Of a stretch of 64,000 bases of DNA, positions 44,730 to 54,457 are shown piece by piece. Below the pieces are notes generated by a model that was not told the DNA's origin, searched no databases, and saw only the letters and a program-made list of their open reading frames with translations. Numbering within the stretch: position 1 is the first letter of the stretch; every line of letters begins with the position of its first letter. Location of the stretch: the NCBI GenBank assembly GCA_004764695.1, contig SMSO01000032.1, positions 992,001 to 1,056,000 on the forward strand. The letters run 5' to 3'. Source of the stretch: Schizochytrium sp. TIO01 (taxonomy: Eukaryota; Protista; Bigyra: Labyrinthulomycetes). The position numbers and the translations under genes were made by a program.

Positions 44730-47700
44730 CGTCTCACCTAAATTTTAAGCCTTTGGCTTTCCGACAAATTCCTGCTGTATCCTTGATAACTTTGCTGCCG
44801 ACGGCAGCAACCTTGTTCCCGATGACCTGACGCGACAATATTCCCACGCGATCTGACGTGTTCGGACCGAGACCCGTCTGACAAGGACCTTTTCGCAAAC
44901 CCCAGCGCCGAGCGCAAAGGATACTAGTGTACTTTTGACGCCCCTACGCGCGTCAACGGGCTTTGCCTCCGCGCCTCAAGAGCGGACGTGGCCTCTTTCA
45001 CTCGCCTTATCATTCTCATTCTTTCCTTTAATTCATTCTCTATTCATTAAGACCTATTCATTTATTCGTTCGTGTCTTCCTTAAATATTTCTCTGGCTCA
45101 TTCTCTATCATTCATTCTTGATATTTTGCCCTTTTATTTTCCGACGAATCCTCGTTTTCTTCCTTTTTTGGTTGATTGGTAGACTTTTGATCGTCCTTGC
45201 ATAGCTCTTTATAGCAATCACTGGAATAAGGCAAACACCAAAACCACCAAAATATCAAAGCACGTAACCCGCTAAGGCACACAATCTGCTAATTATTGCT
45301 TTCACTCAGTGTTGAACCACAAAGGAGACCTCACGAGGTTCATTGATGCGTTCAATATTTTCTCTTTTTTTTTTTTTTTTTTCTTTTATTGCAGTAGTAA
45401 GTAGTCAGAAAGGCTAACCATATCTATGAATGAAGGAATGTACACTCAACAGTGATCTTGTAGCAGAACGAAACATTTCAAACATCTCGAGATACCAGAA
45501 GAGTTCTGCTGGAGAGTTTTACACAGGTGTCATATGCTTTCTCTGAATCGCTTCAGAGAACACGAACCGCGCACAGTAAGTGTAACATTGAGAAATTAAC
45601 ACTAACCTTTTAAAGAAATATTATAGAAGGACCTTGGTGTGCGCATAATAAGGCTAGTTTATGAATTGTCCGTTCGTAATCCTGAATACCGGGGAGGGGA
45701 TGATGGTAAGGCTGTAATGAGTCAGGCTGTACTGTGGCAGTCTATTTTTGTATATAAAACCCTACAATTGGGGCTCTGATCGTTGTTGAAAACGAGCAAA
45801 TGAAAAAGAGCAGAGCATAAAAGAAGCAAATTTCCTTAAATTATGACTTTCTTCAAAATCGGGGCTTTTCTATGTGGATTTTGGAATGAGGAGTAACGGG
45901 CTCCTGTATCAGGTCTAGACCAATAGTTTCCCCTTGGATTTTACGTGTTTTGGCTCAACTATTAATGTTGTTCATCCAGTATCTTGTGCAAATTTAGCGA
46001 CTTAAACTTTTTTGCACAAGCTTCAAATTTTCTTTGAAAGAATCTTGTCCAAATAAGTTGTTTTCTTTTCTACTCCTATGCACAGTTCTCTGCATGTTGT
46101 CAAAAAAATGTTCGAGGCTTTTGCCACTTAGCGTTTTTATTTTTCTATACATATACGATCTATTTGATGGTTGAAACCTGGAGGAACAACCTGGCGCTTA
46201 TGTTGGTCTATCTCATAATATGTACCTTATATCCTTGAGAACAGGAGTCGTCTTCGATACAGTCAATGATCTGAATTACTTTTTTGTTTGTCTAAATTAA
46301 AAAAACAAAAAACATAAAAAAAAAAACGATTCTGATACCAGTATTTAATTTCAAGCTCTGGTTTATCATTTGCTTTGCCTTTCCATGCTTCAAGATTGCA
46401 TCTCTCTAGTACGAAAGAAAATGAACTTTGCGGCAATCATTTTGTTTTCATTCACCTTTCGCGAACACGGGCAGCAACGGCTTTTGTGATGGATGAACTG
46501 GCAACAGAAGAAACAGCAATAGGTTATGTCGTAGCTGAGGAGCTCACTTTGGAATGTAGTGCATGCGAAATTCCAAACATATTAATCAATTTTTGGAGAA
46601 ATAGGTAAAACAAGGCTAGCCTGGGACAGATTTCGAGTATTTTATACTTTCGCGGGTCCAAAAGAAGTATGAATTCCCCTTAGTAATCTCAAACCAATGA
46701 TCAGAAATTCTCTCGCTAGTTATAGGCTACTCGTATCAATCCTGCGACTTGTAAATAAACACAACTCGCATCAAACACGCATATGTGTCAGAGAAAGTAA
46801 GTTCTATACTTGCATGACTTATAGAGGCAGGGTCATGACATTCGATTCTTCTTTACACTTTTTCTTTGTTATGCTTTATCAACCATTTCGCTATTTTGGT
46901 CGTTTTGTGCATTCCATTATAGAGTATCCTTTGCTTCATATTCTAAATATGCAGAACCCTTAAGTCTAATGTTGCAATGCCGGCTTACCACTGGTGTTTG
47001 CGCTCGTTGCCATCACCATTACCCTCTTGTGCCTTTCTTGTGATTGTAAGGTATCACTCCTGCCCTTTGCTACCACATCCTCCCCCTTGACGTGTCTCAA
47101 TCATGCAGCCTATAGGGCCTCACGATCATCCCAAATTTGAGCGACGTACGTATATGATACATACATGCCCCGCTGGAATACTCGGTGGCCAATTGTTCTA
47201 CGTAAACGTAGAACGCGATGAAGAACCAGCGGTGGGCTGTCAATAGGTCTCCCTCGAAACGTGCAGCATATGAAGGGTCTTGTCTCCATACTCTTCATTG
47301 TCGTCGGCCTCTTTGCTGGTTGTGGTTTCGCTATGGCGCACCATCTTTGTGTTTTCCTATTATATTATCTCTAATGACTGTGGTAGGTAAACAGATCTGC
47401 AGAAACACTTCAACTAATATTAGACGATTACAACCTGAAGGAACAGCGACCTCAACCTTGGTGGCATTTTCTTAATTCGCCTTGAGTCCTGTGCTCATAA
47501 ATAAACTACTGCGCCTCCGAGACCGGTTTCAGAACATGCTACTATGAGTGGTCGCGGGCCGATCGAGGTGGTAATGGAATGCCATGCTCTCTCAACGGGC
47601 ACAGAGAAGTAGGAACCGTGCAGTGGCACTCCGGCGAATCCTGCCTCAACACCAAGATATACGGACTGTGCATCCTTGTCTCCAAACCCTATTTGCTACG

Positions 47701-48538
47701 GCTCTTCGATCTCTTCTTCAGCACGAGATTCGCAATTCCTGGCGAAATTTACTAAGAAACGGACTTTTATTATATTTCTCTTTTTCTTTTCCTTTTTTCT
47801 TTTTCTTTTTCTTCAAACTATCACTTTATTACTACCCTACCTTTTTTCTGGCCGGCTCACGATGATCACGCAGATCGTGATCATCACGGCACTCTCTTAG
47901 CCTTGCTGGCAGGATCTAAAACTCATCAAGCCGATCCTAATCGGCAAAAGACTAGAGTAGAGGCCGCCGCCTGAGAGGAAGGAGACCCTTCAAGTCATTC
48001 ACATGACTGCAAAAACAAGGCGCACTCCCCATTCACAACAGAGATTATACTGTTCTATTGACAGGAGGTACCATATGTACAGACCTACTAATCAAAATTA
48101 AAAGATTAAGCTCGATTCTTCACCTCTCGTTCGATGTGTACTCTCTTCTATCTTATCTGTTTATGCCCCGGACGCATCTCGCCGCGCTTCGCAAAGACGC
48201 CAGTATTGATAAAAACAGACGCGAGTTGTTAGCATAGCCTGCAGCATCTCACAAACTAAATGAGATACCGAGGTCTCTCGTAGGTTCAGGAAATTAGACT
48301 GTGAAAAAGAGTGGACTTTGTGACATGGCACTTCTACTCAGTAGTAGTAGCAGTGCCTATTATCACTTTTCAACTCCTAGCTGGTAATGACGATTTTTCA
48401 CCGTGTACTTTTCTTGTATAGCTTGCTCGCTTGCTCGCTCTCATAACCGCGCCTCTTAGCCTTCATCTCTTCGTTGCGGCTGCCAATCATAGCCTCTTTC
48501 AAAGAAAACCTGCATTGTCATCATTGAGGAGTTAGTGA

Positions 48539-48561
48539 CTAGCTAGCTAGCTAGCTAGCTA
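48539..48561. repeat. (CTAG)n self-complementary microsatellite
   Basis: Direct reading of the sequence. Confidence 0.9.
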
Positions 48562-51500
48562 TCCACTTTGATGTTCCTAAGAAGAACCGTGAGGACCCGT
48601 GTCCATAATCTGAAGAACTATAAACGCTATATAACCGCGCCTGGCGCAGTATTAGTCGGTCCTCTCGCGGACAGCAATTCCTCGACGAGGCGTTAGACAC
48701 GGACTCGCGTGAACCACTCCCTGCATCGCGCCTGTGCGCAATCTACTTCTCTTGTGGACCGGTGCACGCCACGTTTACTGTGCATACTTCGATCATCTGT
48801 AGGAACCAGAAACCTTCTCTAGAGCTAACTCGAAGCATTGGCTCATTCACAATCGTTCAATCCTTCTCTAGCTAGGTCAACCATTCGAGCAGTTCGAAGG
48901 CTGCCAAAGCGAGCTACGACGAGGCCAGGCCACAGCCAGTCAGGCCAGCCTCAGCTGAAGAGAGGATCAAGGGAGGGCGACTCGGAGGCGTTTTGAAGGA
49001 GAAGGCTAATATTGATACGAGTTCTAATTACGAAGCCTCCTGTTTATAATCAAACTTAGGTGTCAGGACCTTGACAAAGTGGCGTACACACATTGTGTTG
49101 CATATAGTCTATCTTTTGGTTGTGACATTGTGGCACTCACTCCCACAAAGTCGATTTGGACTCGAATTTTGCAGACCCAAAGCATCGATTTTTGCCACAA
49201 ATATTTTAAAAGCACAATCTGTCTACGGTCCGAGTTTTTTCAGAGCAGCTGCGAGCCTGTCAGCCTTTAAAAAAGTCTGCTCCGTGAGTGGATATCTATA
49301 TTAGTGCAAAAGCACGCTTTTGAAACTTCTTGAGAAACTGGTTTTGTCCCAGTTGCCCGTTTCTTGGTTACATTTAACATCCATCACCGCGTATTCATAC
49401 CTGGTACGCCTGCACCACATCGGTATAAGACCCATCTGTGTACCTAGTGGTTACCTTGCTTCATTCTGGCCAGCGGCTCCATACCTCCGCAAGAAAATCC
49501 AGGTGCAAGTGTTATCAAGGGCGCCTACGAGATCGTAGATTCGTACACACTTGCGCGGGTCTAGACCCTGAACCGCGGCTGCAAAGCTCCAAGTGCTACA
49601 GGCTTTACCTCGAAAGTCTGCACACACGGCGCGAGAAGTCTTCTGAGCCAGATTTCTGGCTGTGGGCTGCTAGCTTCTTTGGATGCAATTGCACATTAAT
49701 CGTTGTCGTGTGCTAGCTGCATAATCTATTAGCATCTGGAGACAGGACTAGGTAGGTACTCCTCAATTGTGTAACCTTGAACCTCGACTTGGGCTCGTTG
49801 AAGCTGTTGACATAAAACTAGCGGGTTCTAACCTAGAGGCTGACGAAAGTTCACCTGTACCTCCAAGAGCTTGCACAAAGTACCCTGAGAACGGTGGGAG
49901 CGTGAGGGGAAGTCCTGACTATCCAGCGGTGCCTGCGTGCATGCAGCTCGGGGGTGTGCAGGTGCTCGAAGGATTATCCCTGGTTAAGACTTGGCTAACG
50001 ATTGATAGGGTGTTGCGTTGTACAGCGACAGTTGGCAGAAGTCTAATTCCAACTCGGAGCCATTCACCCATCATCGTCATCGAGTCATCGCTACCAACCT
50101 CGTCGCTCGTGGCATCCAAGGCTCTTGGGCTGCGCGGGTATCATCAGTAGGAATCCTAGTGCTGTCAATCAGGCCATCGCACCCGTGGCGGCCTCCTTAA
50201 TTGCACAAACCCTAGCGGGCGGGCACAAAGGTGTTTCATCTCTGCTTGTAACCTCTAGAGATAGCCATAGCATTACGTACCAGATTCATACCATACCTCG
50301 ACCCGGCGAGCCGCACATTACACCAGGTGTTCTCAGGTACATCCGCCACGTAGCAGACGCGAGCACCAAAACGGCAGAGCTTCGAGCCCAGCTGCAGCAC
50401 ATACTGCACAGCGAGCGAATCGAATCGAGTCAAATCGAATCGACCCAGGTTGTCTGTCCGCAGGGCCTTTCGAGTCGATCATAATTGATCGATCCTGACC
50501 AGATCCAATCCAATCCCATCACGACTCGTGCCATACTTTCTTTTCTCTTCTTTTCAGTTCTCTTTCTTCTTCCTGGCCTAAATAGACGTACATCCCTGAA
50601 CTACTGAGGAGAAGAGAGGCCAAAAGAAAGAAAGTAAGTAAGTATTAAACAGAAAAGGGAGACAATACTAGTACCTGCCTCCTAGCAGGTCTGTATAGGT
50701 ACTACTAGCAAGCGACTAGGGGTGCCCTTTTCAAGGACCGCAGAACAGGAAACCCCAATCGATCAAGAAGAGGACGCAGTCCAGCGAAGAGCAGCAGCGC
50801 AGGGACGAGGGCCGGCCAAGGCTGGTGGACACTGGCCTCGCGAAGAAACCTGCGGGGAGGAGCACGCGGTGCGGTCTCTGGAGCGAGCCCTTAACCTTTG
50901 GTGCGAGGCTTGGAGCAAGATTCATCAGTGCGATCAATCAGTTCATTAAAACGACCAAGTCGAACACTCAAGGAGGAGGTGTGCACGCTCCGCTCATCGC
51001 TCAAGACCAAGCAAGCTGGCCACACCTTGGCCAGACGAAGCCGCACATACCGTCGCACGAAGGAAGGCTCGCAGACAGCTTCCTTCCAGAGGTTCTTCGC
51101 CCCCTCGTGCTGTGCTTGTGCCTCTTTGCTGCCGCTTGTGGCGTCAGACCGCTCGAAAGGGCGCGCTCCCAGACTGGCAAAACAGTCTACGGTCCTCAAA
51201 GTGGTACCGTTGTATACCGAAAAGTAGGACCCCCGCGGACCTCCTTGTAGGGAGGGCTCATTGACGATTTACTAGTATTTTGCGTAGGAGGGCTGTAAGA
51301 CTCGCAAAGCACCTCGTTTAAGTGGATCTTAGCAGAGTGGTAGGCGAACGCGTAGGAGCGGACGTCTCTTTTTCTTTTTTCTTCCTTTTTTAATTTGAAA
51401 GTTTTGTCACAGAACAACAAAAGCAGAGCGGAACTGACGCCTCCTGTCGCTCGCGCGCAAAGCCCTTGAGGGGAAGTGCTAGACAAACGCGAGGGGGGGC

Positions 51501-52162
51501 TGGTAAAGGAGCCCAGCTCCTTGACGAAGTCGTCGCGGGAACCAAAGTCTCTTAGACGAGGGCCGCTGATCCCGCGAGCGCCGAAAGCAGGAGGGAGGGA
51601 GGGTCCTTGAGCTCCTCGCTCGAAAACTAATTCGTGTTCTTTTCATTTGCTTGTTCTTTTTTAGGCAAGTAGCACTTAGCTAGTATAAAAGGCAGCAGTT
51701 CGGTAGCGGTACCTCCGACTACTTTGTTGAAAAACTATTCGAACGATCGATTTATTCGAAAAGTTTCCAATTGCTTATTTGAAAAAGTCGCAGGAAGCGG
51801 CTGCAGAGCGGCAACGAGACCTCTCCGGCGCTGCGCGAGGCAAGGTGGAGCAAGGAGGTAAAGCTGGTTTTGAGAGGGCCAGCGACTTGAGCTGGAGGCC
51901 TCACGTTGACCAGTTCGCGCCGCCGCTGTGCAGGATTTGTGGGTCCACCTGGCTGACGAGCTAGCTGCTTGCTTACCTTGCCAGCCCGTTTTCGACGATT
52001 AGCTGCTATTATTTTGTATTCAGGAAGCATATCATTTTCTGCTCTGCCAAGACTAGAGGCTGTATTTGGTGTGTGTGGCTTTAGAAGTATACGGATTACT
52101 TCGCGGATATTGTTGCTCCAGAAAAATAGGTTGTGATTAGAGTGATAGGTCGTTCCATCGAG

Positions 52163-54457
52163 ATGACCATCGCAGAGTCAGAAGTCCACATAGGCTGGCA
52201 AGATGGAGAGGAAGGAAGTAGGGAAAGGAACCACTATCAGAACAAGGAAATAGTTAAACAGCAGCAAGAAAAGAAACAAAGTCTACGAAGGAAAATAACT
52301 CCAGCGAAGAGGCAAAGGCAATCATCAGCATCTTGTCATGCAAATGTTGGGTTGGGGGATGTTCCCGTGTCGTCAGAGGTACGAGACTATTCAAAGAACT
52401 CACAAATGATGAAAAATTTATATCATAATGCTGCCAACAACAAAACCTGCAATCACACTAGTACCGAGCCATACTCAGGCTTGACATCCAGCTCCTCATC
52501 TACATCAACATTAAGTTGGGAGTGCTCGAGCTGCAGTTTTGAGGATTGTCGAAGTAGCAGTGGTAGTAGTAGCCACAGCTGTAGTCGCAGGAGTAGTCGC
52601 ACGAGTGGCGTCATTAGTGAGGACGAAGATGCAGAAACTAGCTCGTCTTCGGGTCGATCTTGCGCTAGCTTGGCAGCGGACTTGCCCTTGCGTGAATCTG
52701 GAGATGGTGAAGACGAAGATGGCTTTCCAGACGGAGATATTGAGAATGAGCTTGGTGGTATCGACAATAGTTGCCTCCAGGACACTGCTCTATCCTCTGA
52801 TAGCAGAATAAACACATCTCGTATTACTTGTACAAATGTTGGTAGCGAGTCTTCTGACGAAAAGAAGCTGCAAGACTGCCAGTATATAAGTAGAACGCCT
52901 GTATCTACCCCTTCATCAATTACTCAGAAATTCATTCACACAGAAGCAAACGAAACAATGCTTTCAGCATCAAGTTCATTGATGCAACCCCTGGCCAGCC
53001 TCAGCAACCACCCAAACACCCCTACTCCTCTCCGTCCCCAGCAGAATCCTGAAGTTAAGCTCCAGTCACGAGAACCCTGTTCAAAAAATACTGAATTTTC
53101 TACAGAGTATGCTAAACCAAAACCCATGGAAAAGCTTGGGTCGACCAACTCTGCATCTATAGAATCTATAGAACCCAAGGTTTCTTTTTTTCCGTTGAAA
53201 ATATCAATTTCCGACGACACTTCACAAGGATTTTGTCGAACATGCACAGCAGTGGTAACTGGGACTGTCCTAAACTATTCCGACCAACGTAAGTATGTCC
53301 TGGCCGCCTTTGCTGTTCAAAGGAACTTGCCAAAATCAAGTGGTGTAGATGACGCGACTGTGAACCCGTCTGAAGAGGCAACTGTGGAAAGTGAGGTTTA
53401 TCGCCTAGCCTTGCATGAGAAAATATTTTCTAGAGGCAAGCATGTAGACAATGTTACTAAAGCGAACTTGGAAAAGGCTCGCTTCCGTGTGAAGGTTACC
53501 GGTTTATGCTTGGGTGGACAACTTTACAGATTTTCTGTGTTATCCATGCATCCCGAATCTGATGTGTGGGTTCCGGTAGGCTGTCAGGATGGTTCTGTTG
53601 ATACGCAAACTGTAGTGACACCTTGCCTACCACCATCTTGTCCTGAGAACTTCCGTGCTCATCACTGTGGAGTTTCTAGTGTTGAGTTAGAGTGGCAAGC
53701 GCCTCTCTGTGATGGAGGGAGCAAAATTGCGTCTTACAAAGTAGAGCGCGTACATGATCTTGGGCACCCGAAGTCCTCTGATGATATGGCTACTGTTTAT
53801 GAGGGTCTCAAAACTAGCGTGCGACTTGCTGAGCTAAATCCTGCGACTACGTATCAGTTTCGGGTCAGTGCGACCAATGTGGAGTCTGGCACTGGACCGT
53901 GGTCAACGATTGTACAAATAAAACCAGAGGATTGCCTACCCCCAAGACCAGGCTCAGTGTGCGACTTGCATGATACAATAGACCCCTGGCAGCTGCACCT
54001 CTCCTGGGATCCCATACCCCAGTCAATGTTTTTGGGACTAGACAGTGAGGACGAGCACGAGAGCTGTTCATCACACCCGTTTACATATCATGTTGAGCTT
54101 TGTAACCAAAGTGACCAAGGTCACAATTCTACGGTTGACGAAAGGAAGATAAAGACACAAGATAACTCCTTCACCGTAGTTTACTCAGGTGCGGAGCCCT
54201 CATGTATCATCAAAAGTGGTTTACAACCAGCACAGACTTATCTCGTGAGGGTTTTTGTGGAAAACGCTTTTGGCCATTCGCCCCCTTCTTCTATCTCACA
54301 GGTCCAAACCTTAGGATTAGCTCCTGAGCCACCTTGCCCTCCATGCGTAGAATCTGACATTGAGCAAACATCACAATCATCAACGTTTATTTCAGGAAGC
54401 AACACCTACGACAGTTTGGAGCTCCTCTGCCCAAGGTGCGTTGGTGACCTGGGATAG
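52163..54457 (+). CDS. Fibronectin type III repeat protein, 5' part
   Basis: First ATG at 52163. Ser-rich disordered N-terminus, then FN3 repeats (VELEWQAPLCDGGSKIASYKVE, LNPATTYQFRVSATN, LQPAQTYLVRVFVENAFG). Continues in the +1 frame. Confidence 0.85.
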   Translation: MTIAESEVHIGWQDGEEGSRERNHYQNKEIVKQQQEKKQSLRRKITPAKRQRQSSASCHANVGLGDVPVSSEVRDYSKNSQMMKNLYHNAANNKTCNHTSTEPYSGLTSSSSSTSTLSWECSSCSFEDCRSSSGSSSHSCSRRSSRTSGVISEDEDAETSSSSGRSCASLAADLPLRESGDGEDEDGFPDGDIENELGGIDNSCLQDTALSSDSRINTSRITCTNVGSESSDEKKLQDCQYISRTPVSTPSSITQKFIHTEANETMLSASSSLMQPLASLSNHPNTPTPLRPQQNPEVKLQSREPCSKNTEFSTEYAKPKPMEKLGSTNSASIESIEPKVSFFPLKISISDDTSQGFCRTCTAVVTGTVLNYSDQRKYVLAAFAVQRNLPKSSGVDDATVNPSEEATVESEVYRLALHEKIFSRGKHVDNVTKANLEKARFRVKVTGLCLGGQLYRFSVLSMHPESDVWVPVGCQDGSVDTQTVVTPCLPPSCPENFRAHHCGVSSVELEWQAPLCDGGSKIASYKVERVHDLGHPKSSDDMATVYEGLKTSVRLAELNPATTYQFRVSATNVESGTGPWSTIVQIKPEDCLPPRPGSVCDLHDTIDPWQLHLSWDPIPQSMFLGLDSEDEHESCSSHPFTYHVELCNQSDQGHNSTVDERKIKTQDNSFTVVYSGAEPSCIIKSGLQPAQTYLVRVFVENAFGHSPPSSISQVQTLGLAPEPPCPPCVESDIEQTSQSSTFISGSNTYDSLELLCPRCVGDLG

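Noticed and set aside
49071-51250. Cluster of short ORFs that could be a decayed mobile element or pseudogene
   Set aside because: No RT, integrase, gag or transposase motifs, and no LTR or TIR seen.
23678-54457. Euplotes-style shift exactly at the stop codon (AAA-TAR)
   Set aside because: The frame-0 stops are GGT-TGA, CAT-TGA and GGA-TAG with no shared slippery codon, and the FN3 Trp requires a switch before the stop.
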